This document shows, in pieces, positions 31,283-41,565 of a DNA stretch of 64,000 nucleotides. Position 1 is the stretch's first letter, and each line of letters starts with the position of its first letter. Source of the DNA: Chloroflexota bacterium (GTDB lineage Bacteria; Chloroflexota; Limnocylindria; Limnocylindrales; CSP1-4). A program made the position numbers and the translations under genes. The stretch lies in the NCBI GenBank assembly GCA_016191345.1, contig JACPOU010000053.1, positions 899 through 64,898 on the forward strand, in the 5' to 3' direction. The notes beneath the pieces were generated by a model that worked only from the letters and a program-made list of their open reading frames with translations, searched no databases and was not told the DNA's origin.

Positions 31283-32756
31283 GGGCGGCGACCGGCTCCT
31301 CGAGGAGGAACTTCCGGGCCTCGACGTCATACGGGACCGGCTCCGGGTAGCGGCCGTCGAAGCAGGCGAAGCAGAACCGCTCGTACGGCAGCTCGAGGGC
31401 GGCAAGGACGCCCTGGATCGAGAGGTAGCCCAGAGAATCGGCGCCGATGAACTGGCGGATCTCCTCGACCGACTTCGTGGCCGCAATGAGCTCCGTCTCG
31501 ACCTGCGTGTCGATGCCGTAGAAGCAGGGGTGGTAGATCGGCGGGGCGCTGATCCGGACGTGGACCTCGGCCGCGCCGGCGCGCCGGAGGAGGGCCACGA
31601 TCTGCTGGGTCGTCGTGCCGCGGACGATGGAATCGTCCACGACCGTCAGGCGCTTGCCCCGGACAACCTCCCGAAGCGGATTGAGCTTCAGGGTCACGCC
31701 GCGGTGGCGGAGCGTCTGCGACGGCTGGATGAAGGTCCGGCCCGTGTAGCGGTTGCGGACGAGGCCCTCGCGATACGGGATGCCCGACGCTTCCGCGTAA
31801 CCCGCGGCGGCCGGTGCCCCGGTGTCCGGGACGGGCATGACGAGGTCGGTCTCGACCGGGTGTTCGATCGCGAGCTGCTCGCCCATCCGGCGGCGGGCCT
31901 CGTACAGGCTCCGCCCCTCGAGATACGAATCCGGCCGGGCGAAGTAGATGAGCTCGAAGACGCAGAGCGCCGGCGTCGCCCGCGCGTAGCGGACGGAGCG
32001 AGGTGCGCGCCCCGGCTCCAGCACGACGATCTCGCCGGGCTCCACGTCCCGGACGTACTCCGCGCCGACGATGTCGAGGCCGGTCGTCTCCGACGAGAGG
32101 ACCCAGCCGTCGCGCGGCCCGTCCACGGGCTCGATCTCGAGGTCGCCCCACAGCCCGCCCGGCGCGGGCACCTGGGCCGAGACGTCCGGGATCCGGCCGA
32201 TGCAGAGCGGCCGGAAGCCGTGCGGGTCGCGGACGCCGATGATCCGGTCCCGGTCGAGGATGACGAGCGAGAACGCGCCGCGAACCCGCGGCAGGAGGCT
32301 CACCAGCGCCTCCACGGTGTCCTCGCCCGGCTCGTCCGCGAGGAGCGCGGTGAGGAGCTCCGTGTCCGTGCTCGCCGGCAGGCGGCCGCGCCCGCCATGG
32401 AGCATCCCGAGGAGCTCGCGGGTGTTGACGAGGTTGCCGTTGTGGCCGATCGCGACCGCGCGCCGCGGCCCGAGCCGCAGTGTCGGCTGGGCGTTCTCCC
32501 AGACCGTCGAGCCGGTCGTGGAGTAGCGGCAGTGGGCGATCGCGAGGTCGCCGTGGAACGAGGGCAGGCGCCGTTCGTCGAGGACCGTCGAGATCATCCC
32601 GAGGTCCTTGTAGAGGAAGAGCTCCGCGCCGTCGCTGACGGCGAGCCCGGCCGACTCCTGGCCACGGTGCTGCAATGCGAACAGGCCGAGCGCGGCAACA
32701 TGCGCGGCTTCCGTCCCGGAGCCGCGGGGCAGGGCCGCCCCGAAGACGCCACACAC
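31275..32756 (-). CDS. purF: amidophosphoribosyltransferase
   Basis: 493 aa with GTG start. N-terminal nucleophile MCGVFG, LQHRGQESAGL, PRTase motif VVDDSIVRGTT. Confidence 0.95.
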   Translation of the reverse strand: MCGVFGAALPRGSGTEAAHVAALGLFALQHRGQESAGLAVSDGAELFLYKDLGMISTVLDERRLPSFHGDLAIAHCRYSTTGSTVWENAQPTLRLGPRRAVAIGHNGNLVNTRELLGMLHGGRGRLPASTDTELLTALLADEPGEDTVEALVSLLPRVRGAFSLVILDRDRIIGVRDPHGFRPLCIGRIPDVSAQVPAPGGLWGDLEIEPVDGPRDGWVLSSETTGLDIVGAEYVRDVEPGEIVVLEPGRAPRSVRYARATPALCVFELIYFARPDSYLEGRSLYEARRRMGEQLAIEHPVETDLVMPVPDTGAPAAAGYAEASGIPYREGLVRNRYTGRTFIQPSQTLRHRGVTLKLNPLREVVRGKRLTVVDDSIVRGTTTQQIVALLRRAGAAEVHVRISAPPIYHPCFYGIDTQVETELIAATKSVEEIRQFIGADSLGYLSIQGVLAALELPYERFCFACFDGRYPEPVPYDVEARKFLLEEPVAARG

Positions 32757-32757
32757 G

Positions 32758-35160
32758 CTAGCGGCCCTCCGGCGCCGCGGCGGGCGCCTCCCAGTCGAGG
32801 GCGCGGGCGAGGCCGTGCTCCCACGTATGCGTCAGATCCGCGAGCGCAACGTCGATGGGGTCCGCGACGCGCGAGCCGCGCTCCTCCGCCGCGCCCGTCG
32901 CGCCGGCGCCGGCAAGCTCGATGACCAGGCGATCGCCACCGGTCCGCCCGATCGCCTCGACCGGCAGGCCGTGCTGGCGCGCGAGGAGCTCCAGCGCCGG
33001 CGCATGGCGCGGGCGGGTCGTGACGACGAGCCGGCTGGGGCTCTCCCCGAAGAGGTCCACCGCCGGCGAATGGGAGACGTGGAGCCGCAGCGCCGCCCCG
33101 ATCCTGCCCCACATCGCGCACTCGGCGAGCGCGACGGCGAGGCCGCCGCCGCTCACATCCTGCATGGATGCCGCGAGCCCCCGCGCGGCGGCGGCGCGGG
33201 CGAAGGCCTGGAGGTCGCGCTCGCGATCGAGGTCGAGCGACGGCGGGCCGTCCTCGGCCGCAGCGCCGGCCAGGGCCGCGTACTCGCTGCCGGCCAGCCC
33301 GGGCGTCGCCTCCCCGACGAGGAGCACGACGTCATCGGCCGCCACGAACGCCGGCCCGATGCGGAGCTCCACGTCCTCGAGCAGGCCGACGACCCCGATC
33401 TCGGGGGTCGGCAGGATCGCGCCCGCCGGCGACTCGTTGTAGAGCGAGACGTTGCCGCCGGTCACGGGCAGGCCCAGCGCCCGGCAGGCGTCGCCGAGGC
33501 CGCGGACGGCTTCCTTCAACTGCCAGAACGCCTCCGGGCGCGTCGGGTCGCCGAAGTTCAGGCAGTTCGTGACGCCGAGGGGCCGGGCGCCGGTGATGGA
33601 GACGTTGCGGGTGGCCTCGGCGACGCTCATCGCCGCGCCGAGCCACGGATCGAGGCCCCCGATCGGCGCGTTGGCGTCCGTCGAGGCAACGAGCGCCTTC
33701 GAGGTTCCCTTCACCCGCAGGACCGCGGCGCCACCGCGGGCCGGCCCGGCCACGGTGTTCACCTGGACGGTGCTGTCGTACTGCTCGAAGACCGGCCGGC
33801 GGGAGGCGAGGTTCGGCGAGCCGAGGAGGGCGACGAGGACCGCGCCCGGGTCCATCCCCCGCTCCGGGAGCTGCTCGCCGGTGTTCGGGGCCTCGCCGGG
33901 TGCCGGGGCGGCGCGGCGGCGAGGCGGCGGCGAGGCGAGGCGGTCGTGGACGATCGCGTCCGAGGTGAGCGCGCGGGCGGGGATCCGGACGATCTCGACG
34001 CCCCGCTCGCGCACGGCCACGTCGCCGTCGGCGGTCACGACCCCGATCGTCGCGCAGGGGATGCCCCAGCGCTGGCAGACCTCGCGGACGGCGGTCTCCT
34101 GATCCGGCCGGACCACGGCGAGCATCCGCTCCTGGCTCTCGGAGATGAGGACCTCGAAGGCGGCCATGCCGGGCTCCCGGCGCGGCACGGCATCGAGGTC
34201 GATGGCCATGCCGGTGCCGGACCGGTCGGCGGTCTCGGAGGTGGCACAGGTGATGCCGCCCGCGCCGAGATCCTGGAGACCCTCCACGAGCCCGCGCTCG
34301 ATGAGCTCGAGCGAGGCCTCGATGAGGAGCTTCTCCGCGAACGGGTCGCCGACCTGAACGGTCGGTCGCTTGGACTGCAGGGAAGCCGATCCGGAACCCA
34401 CCGGGGACCGAGGTGAAGCTCCGGCGGGCCCTCGGTCCGCGGTCTCGTCGTGGGTGAAGGTCGCCGAGGCGAGGACGCTCGCCCCGCCGATCCCGTCCCG
34501 GCCCGTCGCGCTGCCGTAGAGGATCACGAGGTTGCCCGGGCCGGGCGCCTGGGCGAGGGTGAGCAGCCGTTCCTCGAGCAGCCCGATGGCCATGACGTTC
34601 ACGAGCGGGTTGCCGGCGTAGCTCGGGTCGAAGACGAGCTCGCCGCCGACCGTCGGGACGCCGACGCAGTTGCCGTAGCCGCCGACGCCCCGGACCACGC
34701 CGTCGACGAGGTGCCGGGTCCGCGGATCGTCTGCCTCTCCGAACCGCAGCGCGTCGAGGACCGCGATCGGCCGGGCGCCCATCGTGAAGATGTCGCGGAG
34801 GATGCCACCGACGCCGGTCGCCGCGCCCTGGTACGGCTCCACCGCGCTGGGGTGGTTGTGCGACTCGATCTTGAAGGCGACCGCCAGCCCGTCCCCGATC
34901 GAGATGACCCCGGCGTTCTCGCCGGGCCCGGCCACGACGCCTTCGCCCGCGGTCGGGAGGGTCCGAAGGAGCGGCCTGGAGCTCTTGTAGGAGCAGTGCT
35001 CGCTCCACATGACGCTGAACATGGCGAGCTCGACGTCGTTCGGGACACGGCCCAGGCGATCGTGGATCGCGGCGAGCTCGTCGTCCGTGACGCCGAGGGC
35101 GCGGTGGAGGGGCACGGCCGGCGGGGCCCCCGGGCGATCGGGACGCTCGGCCACGGTCAT
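32758..35160 (-). CDS. purL: phosphoribosylformylglycinamidine synthase subunit PurL (FGAM synthase II)
   Basis: ORF 32758..35184, start at MTVAERP (ATG overlaps the purQ stop, ATGA at 35157-35160). Motifs: [38 protein letters not shown]. Confidence 0.95.
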   Translation of the reverse strand: MTVAERPDRPGAPPAVPLHRALGVTDDELAAIHDRLGRVPNDVELAMFSVMWSEHCSYKSSRPLLRTLPTAGEGVVAGPGENAGVISIGDGLAVAFKIESHNHPSAVEPYQGAATGVGGILRDIFTMGARPIAVLDALRFGEADDPRTRHLVDGVVRGVGGYGNCVGVPTVGGELVFDPSYAGNPLVNVMAIGLLEERLLTLAQAPGPGNLVILYGSATGRDGIGGASVLASATFTHDETADRGPAGASPRSPVGSGSASLQSKRPTVQVGDPFAEKLLIEASLELIERGLVEGLQDLGAGGITCATSETADRSGTGMAIDLDAVPRREPGMAAFEVLISESQERMLAVVRPDQETAVREVCQRWGIPCATIGVVTADGDVAVRERGVEIVRIPARALTSDAIVHDRLASPPPRRRAAPAPGEAPNTGEQLPERGMDPGAVLVALLGSPNLASRRPVFEQYDSTVQVNTVAGPARGGAAVLRVKGTSKALVASTDANAPIGGLDPWLGAAMSVAEATRNVSITGARPLGVTNCLNFGDPTRPEAFWQLKEAVRGLGDACRALGLPVTGGNVSLYNESPAGAILPTPEIGVVGLLEDVELRIGPAFVAADDVVLLVGEATPGLAGSEYAALAGAAAEDGPPSLDLDRERDLQAFARAAAARGLAASMQDVSGGGLAVALAECAMWGRIGAALRLHVSHSPAVDLFGESPSRLVVTTRPRHAPALELLARQHGLPVEAIGRTGGDRLVIELAGAGATGAAEERGSRVADPIDVALADLTHTWEHGLARALDWEAPAAAPEGR

Positions 35161-35921
35161 CGGCTTGCGACCTCGACGGGCCACCCGGCAGGACCGGACG
35201 CCTGCGCGGCGGCGGCCGCGCTCTCGACGAACGAACGGACGAGCCCGAACCCGTCGTCCGAACCGAGCAGCCCCTCCGACGCACGCTCCGGGTGCGGCAT
35301 CAGCCCGGCGACGTTGCCGGCCGCGTTGCGAACGCCGGCGATGGCGCGGAGGGAGCCGTTGGGGTTGGCCGGATCGTCCGTCTCCGCGGCCACGGACCCG
35401 TCCTCGCGGACGTACCGGTACACGACGCCGCCGCGCGCCTCCAGGTCGTCGAGATCCGCGGCATCGGCGAAGTAGCAGCCCTCGCCGTGGGCGACGGGCA
35501 TCCGGAGCGGCCGGCGCGGGCCGGCGAGGTGCGTGAACGGCGAATGCGCCGCCCCGGGCTCCACGGCGATCCTGACGTCCCGGCCCAGGAACCGGAGGCC
35601 GCGGTTGCGGAGCAGGGCGCCCGGGACGAGGCCGGCCTCGGCGAGGACCTGGAAGCCGTTGCAGATCCCGAGGACGAGGCCACCCTCGGCGGCGAACGCG
35701 GCCACCGACCGCATGACCGGGCTGAACCGGGCGATGACGCCGGCCCGGACGTAGTCGCCGTAGGCGAAGCCGCCGGGCAGGATCACCCCGGCCACGCCGT
35801 CGAGCGTCGCCTGCTCGTGCCAGAGCTCCACTGGCTCGGCGCCGGCCAGCTCGAGGGCGTGGGTCGTGTCCCGGTCGCAGTTGGAGCCGGGGAAGACGAC
35901 GACGCCGATCCGGACGCTCAC
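35157..35921 (-). CDS. purQ: phosphoribosylformylglycinamidine synthase, glutaminase subunit PurQ
   Basis: 254 aa with GTG start: [23 protein letters not shown] (nucleophile Cys), MPHPER. Confidence 0.95.
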   Translation of the reverse strand: MSVRIGVVVFPGSNCDRDTTHALELAGAEPVELWHEQATLDGVAGVILPGGFAYGDYVRAGVIARFSPVMRSVAAFAAEGGLVLGICNGFQVLAEAGLVPGALLRNRGLRFLGRDVRIAVEPGAAHSPFTHLAGPRRPLRMPVAHGEGCYFADAADLDDLEARGGVVYRYVREDGSVAAETDDPANPNGSLRAIAGVRNAAGNVAGLMPHPERASEGLLGSDDGFGLVRSFVESAAAAAQASGPAGWPVEVASR

Positions 35922-36214
35922 GGCGGGCCCGCCGACGGGCTCGCGGTCGTCGCGCCTTCGCGATCCAGCCGCTCGATCGCGTACGCCTCGATCAGCGGGT
36001 TCGAGAGGAGCTCGGCGGCCAGGCGCTCGACGGTGGCCGTCGCGGCGGCCACGTCCGGCGCGGAGACCGTCAGCTCCACCCGCCGCCCCACCCGGACGCC
36101 GGACACGCCTTCGAGCCCGAGGTGCCCGAGGCTGCCCTCGACCGCACGGCCCTGCGGGTCGAGGATCCCCGGCTTGGGGGTCACGTTGACGGCGAACCGG
36201 TAGTCCTTGGTCAC
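35918..36214 (-). CDS. purS: phosphoribosylformylglycinamidine synthase subunit PurS
   Basis: Tail of ORF 35918..37270 from GTG 36214: [52 protein letters not shown] overlaps on both sides (36211-36214 and 35918-35921). Confidence 0.85.
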   Translation of the reverse strand: MTKDYRFAVNVTPKPGILDPQGRAVEGSLGHLGLEGVSGVRVGRRVELTVSAPDVAAATATVERLAAELLSNPLIEAYAIERLDREGATTASPSAGPP

Positions 36215-37137
36215 GCGATCTCGTCCTCCGCCAGGTACCGGGCGAACGACGCGCCCGTGATTCGCTCGTAGGCGGCCACGTACCGCGATCGCGTCCCCTC
36301 GACGACGTCGTCGGGGAGCTCCGGGCCGGGCGCCGCCTTGTCCCATGGCTGGCGCTCCAGCCAGTCGCGGAGGTACTGCTTGTCGAAGCTCGCCTGGGGT
36401 CGACCGGGCTCGTACGCCGAGGAATCCCAGAACCGGGACGAATCCGGCGTCAGCGCCTCGTCGACGAGGGTCAGCTCGCCGTCCACGAGGCCGAGCTCGA
36501 ACTTCGTGTCGGCGAGGATGAGGCCGGCCGCCGCGCACCGCTGGGCGGCCCGCTCGTACAGCCGGAGCGCGACATCGCGGACTCGATCGGCGAGCCCCCG
36601 CGTGCCGCGGCCGGCCAGCGGCCGGATCGCCTCGACCATCGCCTCGAAGTCGATGTTCTCGTCGTGCTCGCCCAGCTCTGCCTTCGTGGCCGGGGTGAGG
36701 ATCGGTTCGGGCAGGCGGTCGCCCTCGCGGAGGCCCCGGGGCAGGGCGATCCCGCAGATCGGCTCGCCGGCGCGGTACGCCTTCCAGCCCGAACCCGCGA
36801 GGTAGCCCCGGACGACGACCTCGACCGGGAGGACCTCGGCCCGCCGGCAGAGCAGCATCCGGCCACGGAGGTCCGCGGCGACGTCCGTGGGCACTGCGCC
36901 CGCCGGCACGTCGCGCGGGTCCGTGCCGACGAGGTGGTTCGGGACGATGTCGCGCGTGGCCTCGAACCAGTAGCGCGAGAGGCCCGTGAGGACCCGGCCC
37001 TTGTCGGGGATGGGCGTCGGCATGACGACATCGAAGGCGGACATCCGGTCGGAGGCGACCAGGAGCAGGCGGTCCGCGCCGATCGCGTACAGGTCGCGGA
37101 CCTTGCCGGAGCGGAGGTACGCGGTTGCCGCGGTCAT
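36211..37137 (-). CDS. purC: phosphoribosylaminoimidazole-succinocarboxamide synthase (SAICAR synthetase)
   Basis: 308 aa: YLRSGKVRDLY...LLVASDRMSAFD, ILADTKFELG. Confidence 0.95.
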   Translation of the reverse strand: MTAATAYLRSGKVRDLYAIGADRLLLVASDRMSAFDVVMPTPIPDKGRVLTGLSRYWFEATRDIVPNHLVGTDPRDVPAGAVPTDVAADLRGRMLLCRRAEVLPVEVVVRGYLAGSGWKAYRAGEPICGIALPRGLREGDRLPEPILTPATKAELGEHDENIDFEAMVEAIRPLAGRGTRGLADRVRDVALRLYERAAQRCAAAGLILADTKFELGLVDGELTLVDEALTPDSSRFWDSSAYEPGRPQASFDKQYLRDWLERQPWDKAAPGPELPDDVVEGTRSRYVAAYERITGASFARYLAEDEIA

Positions 37138-38531
37138 CGCTCCCCTCCCGAGCGGGCGAGGGCCGGCGGGGTGTCGGGCGGGGCGGGCCGCGCGGTCCCG
37201 GTTGCGCCGGCCCGGGTTGCGCGGGTCGCCGGGTCGATCGCGGCGAGCCGGCCGATGATCGTGGCGACATGCCCCAGGTGGCGCTCGTCGTCGAAGCAGG
37301 CGTCGAGCTCGGCCAGGGAGAGGCGGGAGGCGACGGCGGGATCGAGGCGGAGCAGGTCCCGGAGTGGCCGCCGGGCGTCGGCGGCCGCGAGGGCCGCCGC
37401 CTGGACCGTCGCGTACGCGGATTCGCGCGAGACCCCGCCGCGGGCCATCAGCGCGTCGAGGACCCGGGAGCTGGCATGGAGCCCGAGGCCGCGCTCGATG
37501 TTCTCGAGCATCCGCTCGGGCCGGATCACGAGCCCCCCAACGAGGCCGGTGAGCTTCCGGAGCGCGTAGTCGAGGAGGATCGTGGCGTCGGGCAGGATGA
37601 CCCGCTCCGCGGACGAGTGGCTGATGTCTCGCTCGTGCCAGAGCGCCTGGTTCTCGAGGCCCGTCTGGGCATAGCCGCGCAGCAGCCGGGCGATCCCGAC
37701 CAGCCGCTCCGAAAGGATCGGGTTGCGCTTGTGGGGCATCGCCGACGAGCCCTTCTGGCCCGCGCGGAACGGCTCCATGACCTCGCCGATCTCCGTGTGG
37801 GCGAGGTTCCGGATCTCCGTCGCGATCCGTTCCATCGTCCCGCCGAGGATCGCGATCGCCGCGAGGAGCGCGGCGTGGCGATCGCGCTGCACGATCTGGG
37901 TGGAAGCCGGATCGACGCGCAGCCCCAGGGCCGTGAGGACCTCCGCCTCGATGTCCGGGCCGAGGTGGCTGTACGTCCCGACCGGCCCCGAGATCTTGCC
38001 GGTCCGGATCTCCGCGACCGCCTCGGCGAGCCGCCGCCGGCCGCGATCGACCTCGAACGCCCAGCCCGCGACCTTGAGCCCGAACGTCGTCGGCTCGGCA
38101 TGGACCGAGTGGGTCCGGCCCATCATCAGCGTCCGGGCCTCGGCGCGGGCCCGGGCGACGAGGACAGCGAGGAGCGCGTCGGCATCGGCGAGGAGCAGGT
38201 CGCCCGCCGCCCCGAGCTGGAGCGCCAGCGCGGTATCGAGGACGTCGCTGCTCGTGAGCCCGAGGTGGAGGAATCGACCATCAGGCCCCACCGATTCCGC
38301 GACCTGGCTGACGAAGGCGATGACGTCGTGGTCGGTGGTCGCCTCGATCTCGGCGATCCGCGCGACGTCGACGCGGGCCCGCGCCTCGATCGCCGCGAGC
38401 GCCTCGGCCGGAACGACCCCGCGGCGGGCCTGCGCCCGCGTGACCTCGATCTCGACGCGCAGCATGTGCTCGAAGCGGGCCGCGTCGGCCCAGACCGCGC
38501 CCATCTCGGCAAGCGTGTACCGGCCGATCAT
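37134..38531 (-). CDS. purB: adenylosuccinate lyase
   Basis: ORF 37134..39005, start at MIGRYTLAEM (ATGA overlap with the purD stop at 38528-38531). Motifs: HLGLTSSDVLDT, and the fumarate-lyase signature GSSAMPHKRNP. Confidence 0.95.
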   Translation of the reverse strand: MIGRYTLAEMGAVWADAARFEHMLRVEIEVTRAQARRGVVPAEALAAIEARARVDVARIAEIEATTDHDVIAFVSQVAESVGPDGRFLHLGLTSSDVLDTALALQLGAAGDLLLADADALLAVLVARARAEARTLMMGRTHSVHAEPTTFGLKVAGWAFEVDRGRRRLAEAVAEIRTGKISGPVGTYSHLGPDIEAEVLTALGLRVDPASTQIVQRDRHAALLAAIAILGGTMERIATEIRNLAHTEIGEVMEPFRAGQKGSSAMPHKRNPILSERLVGIARLLRGYAQTGLENQALWHERDISHSSAERVILPDATILLDYALRKLTGLVGGLVIRPERMLENIERGLGLHASSRVLDALMARGGVSRESAYATVQAAALAAADARRPLRDLLRLDPAVASRLSLAELDACFDDERHLGHVATIIGRLAAIDPATRATRAGATGTARPAPPDTPPALARSGGER

Positions 38532-39877
38532 CCGGCCGCCCCCGCCGGAACGCCCGCTGGTACGCCCGCCGGGACGGGAACCTGGCGCGGGCCGCCGATG
38601 TCGCGCCGCCGCTGCATGCCCGGCCAGTCGATCGCGTCCGCCGCTCGCTCGGCGGCCTCGCGGGCGGATCCGTGGTCGGGGCCGCGGCCGACGACCGCGA
38701 GGACGCGGCCGCCGTTCGTCCCGAACCCGCCGCCCGGGCGCCCGACGGTACCGGCGTGGAAGACGAGGGCACCCATGGCCCGGGCGGCTCCCAGGCCCTC
38801 GATCGGATCGCCCCGGCGGGGCTCGCCCGGATAGCCCCTGGCCGCCAGGACGATCCCGACCGCGGCGCCCGGCAGGGCCGGCAGGAGCGCCGGCGCGTCG
38901 GCGGGGAGGCCGCCGCGGGCGGCCGCGAGGAGCCACGGCCCGAGCGCACCACCCAGCAGCGGCAGGATCACCTGGGCCTCGGGGTCGCCGAGACGGGCGT
39001 TGCACTCGAGGAGCCGCGGGCCGTCCGCGGTCAGCACGAGGCCCGCGTACAGGAAGCCGTGGAAGGGCGTCCCGCGGCGTGCCATCTCCATGAGGATCGG
39101 GCGGTGGACGGTCTCGATGATCCGTTCCACGGCGGCCGGATCGAGGTCCGGGAGCGGCGAGAAGGCGCCCATGCCGCCGGTGTTCGGGCCGGTGTCGCCG
39201 TCACAGAGGCGCTTGTGGTCCCGGGCGGCCGGCAGGGCGATCGGCCGGCGACCGTCGCAGATGGCGATGAGGCTGGCCTCGGGTCCGGCGAGGCGCTCCT
39301 CGATGACGAGGGCCGGCCGGTCCCCGGGCCGGTGGCGGAGGAAGCTCGGGACCAGGTCGAGCGCCTGCTCCTCGCTGTCGGTCACGATGACGCCCTTGCC
39401 GGCCGCGAGGCCGTCCGCCTTGAGAACCGCGAGCGCCCCGCCGGCCGAGAGCTCGCGGATGAACGCTTCCGCGGCCGCCGCCTCCCCGCCCGTGAAGGCT
39501 CGCGCACGAGCGGTCGCGACCCCCGCCGCGGCCGCGACCTCGTGACAGAAGGCCTTGGAGGTCTCCAGCATCGCGGCCGCCTTCGACGGCCCGAAGACCG
39601 GGATGCCGGCGGCGCGCAGCGCATCGGCCAGCCCGGCCGCGAGGGGTGCCTCGGGGCCGACGACGACCAGCTCGACGGCGGCCACCCGGGCCGCCTTGAC
39701 CACGGACGCCGGATCGAGCGGGTCCACGTCGCGAACGCACCGGACGCGGGGCTCGAGCTCGATCGCCTCGCTGCCCGGCGCCACGATGACCTCGTTGACG
39801 CCCGGCTCCCCGGCGAGCTTCCAGGCCAGGGCGTGCTCCCGGCCGCCGCCGCCCACCACGAGGATCCGGGTCGGCAT
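38528..39877 (-). CDS. purD: phosphoribosylamine--glycine ligase
   Basis: ORF 38528..39928, start at MPTRILVVGGGGREHALAWKL (ATG 39875-39877), 8 nt after the purA stop. ATP-grasp region: VLKADGLAAGKGV. Confidence 0.95.
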   Translation of the reverse strand: MPTRILVVGGGGREHALAWKLAGEPGVNEVIVAPGSEAIELEPRVRCVRDVDPLDPASVVKAARVAAVELVVVGPEAPLAAGLADALRAAGIPVFGPSKAAAMLETSKAFCHEVAAAAGVATARARAFTGGEAAAAEAFIRELSAGGALAVLKADGLAAGKGVIVTDSEEQALDLVPSFLRHRPGDRPALVIEERLAGPEASLIAICDGRRPIALPAARDHKRLCDGDTGPNTGGMGAFSPLPDLDPAAVERIIETVHRPILMEMARRGTPFHGFLYAGLVLTADGPRLLECNARLGDPEAQVILPLLGGALGPWLLAAARGGLPADAPALLPALPGAAVGIVLAARGYPGEPRRGDPIEGLGAARAMGALVFHAGTVGRPGGGFGTNGGRVLAVVGRGPDHGSAREAAERAADAIDWPGMQRRRDIGGPRQVPVPAGVPAGVPAGAAG

Positions 39878-39885
39878 GACGAGGC

Positions 39886-41196
39886 TCACGCGAGCGGAAC
39901 CCCGCCGCGGTGGCGCATCGGCCGCCACGCCCGCTCGATCGTCTGGGTCCGCTCGGGCCCCACCGAGACCAGGACGATCGGGACGCCGGCCAGCTCCTCG
40001 AGCGCCGTGAGGTAGCGCCGCGCGTTCTCGGGCAGGCCGGCGAGCGATCGGACGTCGTGGATCGGCTCGTCCCAGCCGGGGAACGTCTCGTAGATCGGGG
40101 TCGCGTCCGCGATCGCCAGCGCGCTGGACGGCCAGTGGTCCACCCGCCGCCCATGGACGTCGTAGGCGACGCAGAGCTGGATCTCGGGGATGCCGGACAG
40201 GATGTCCAGCTTGTTGAGGGTGATGCTGCTGATCGAGTTCACGGCCACGGCGTAGCGAAGCGGCACCGCGTCGAACCAGCCGACCCGGCGCGGCCGGCCC
40301 GTCGTCGTGCCGAACTCGTTGCCGCGCCTGGCGATCCCCGCCCCGATCTCGTCCTGGAGCTCGGTCGGGAACGGCCCCGACCCCACGCGCGTGGCGTAGG
40401 CCTTCATGACGCCCAGGACCTCGTCCACCTGGAGCGGGCCGATGCCGCCGCCCGTGCAGGCACCGCCGGCCACCGGGTTCGAGGAGGTCACGAAGGGATA
40501 GCTGCCGTGGTCGAGGTCGAGGAGCGTCCCCTGCGCGCCCTCGAGGAGGACGTGCTCGCCGCGCGCGAGCGCGGCCTGGACGAGCCAGGTCGAATCGTCG
40601 AGGTGGGGGGCGAGGCGCTCGCCCCAGGCCGCCGCGACGTCGACCATCGCGTCGACGGTGAAGCCGTTCGCGCCCATGCCGCCGAGGACGAGGTTCTTGT
40701 CGGGGAGCACGGCCTCCAGCCTCGTCCGGAGGACGCTGCGATCGAGGAGGTCCTCCATCCGGAGGCCGAGGCGCCAGGCCCGGTCGCCGTAGGCCGGCCC
40801 GATGCCCCGCCCGGTGGTCCCGACCTTCGCCTCCGCCAGGCGGGCCTCGTTGCCGCGGTCCAGGGCCACGTGGTAGGGCATGATCACGTGGGCGCTCCGG
40901 CTGACCCGGACGCGACCGACATCGATGCCCCGCCCGGTGAGCATGTCCAGCTCGGCGATGAGGGTCGCCGGGTTGACGACGACACCGTTCCCGATGACCG
41001 AGGTGATGTGCGGGTAGAGCACGCCCGACGGCACGAGGTGAAGCTTGAAGACCTCGTCACCGGTCACCACGGTGTGGCCGGCGTTGTCGCCGCCCTGGTA
41101 GCGGACGACCATCGCCACCTGCTCGGCGAGGAAGTCAGTCGTCTTGCCCTTCCCCTCGTCGCCCCATTGGAGCCCGACGATCACCGTTGCCGGCAT
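39886..41196 (-). CDS. purA: adenylosuccinate synthetase
   Basis: Last 436 aa of ORF 39886..43095, from MPATVIVGLQWGDEGKGKTTD. Motifs: GGDNAGHTV, GTTGRGIGPAY, GTTTGRPRR. The upstream 630 aa of the ORF are a shadow of the GGDEF gene on the other strand. Confidence 0.95.
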   Translation of the reverse strand: MPATVIVGLQWGDEGKGKTTDFLAEQVAMVVRYQGGDNAGHTVVTGDEVFKLHLVPSGVLYPHITSVIGNGVVVNPATLIAELDMLTGRGIDVGRVRVSRSAHVIMPYHVALDRGNEARLAEAKVGTTGRGIGPAYGDRAWRLGLRMEDLLDRSVLRTRLEAVLPDKNLVLGGMGANGFTVDAMVDVAAAWGERLAPHLDDSTWLVQAALARGEHVLLEGAQGTLLDLDHGSYPFVTSSNPVAGGACTGGGIGPLQVDEVLGVMKAYATRVGSGPFPTELQDEIGAGIARRGNEFGTTTGRPRRVGWFDAVPLRYAVAVNSISSITLNKLDILSGIPEIQLCVAYDVHGRRVDHWPSSALAIADATPIYETFPGWDEPIHDVRSLAGLPENARRYLTALEELAGVPIVLVSVGPERTQTIERAWRPMRHRGGVPLA

Positions 41197-41257
41197 CAGT
41201 GGGCGCCCGCCATCTCGGGTCCCGTCTGGCGATGGCCTTGCGGTACCCAATCGGGGG

Positions 41258-41454
41258 AAAACAAAAAGGCCCGGGCCGGATGGCTCGGGACCGGGGTATG
41301 CGGGCCCCTTGACGCTCGTCCGCCGACGAGTCGGGACCTCGGCTCCTGGTCGCTCGGCCGCCTCACGGGACGACCGATGCGCCCTCCTCGCGCGATCGCT
41401 GGACCTCCTGCCCCGGGGCGTCTGGACTTCGAGCCCGGGAACCCGCGGAGTATA
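41258..41454 (-). ncRNA. candidate ~185-nt structured RNA (sRNA or purA cis-regulatory leader), class unknown
   Basis: On the minus strand there is an extended -10 (TGCTATACT, 41449-41457). About 170 nt of GC-rich sequence follows, with local hairpins (CGATCGCGC-GAGGAGG-GCGCATCG; CTCGTC-GGCG-GACGAG). Its 5' end (CCCGG-GCTCG...CCGGGG) is complementary to its 3' end (CCCCGG..CGAGC..CCGGG). It ends in GGCCCGGGCC + TTTTTGTTTT (41258-41277), about 60 nt before the purA ATG. Confidence 0.3.
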
Positions 41455-41565
41455 GCAAGGCGGGACGGCGGTTGGCCCCCTCGGGCCGGCAGGACCTTCG
41501 GGTCGGACGGGCACGGTACCTCCGGCGCGTGGTGACCGGACGCACCCGATCGTAGGCTCTGGGTC

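Noticed and set aside
41255-41565. tmRNA, SRP RNA or RNase P RNA in the purA upstream region
   Set aside because: There is no tRNA-like acceptor/T-arm with a CCA end and no tag reading frame (tmRNA). There is no GGAAGCAGCC-type SRP helix-8 motif. There is no GAGGAAAGTCC-type RNase P core. The region is kept only as an unclassified structured-RNA candidate.
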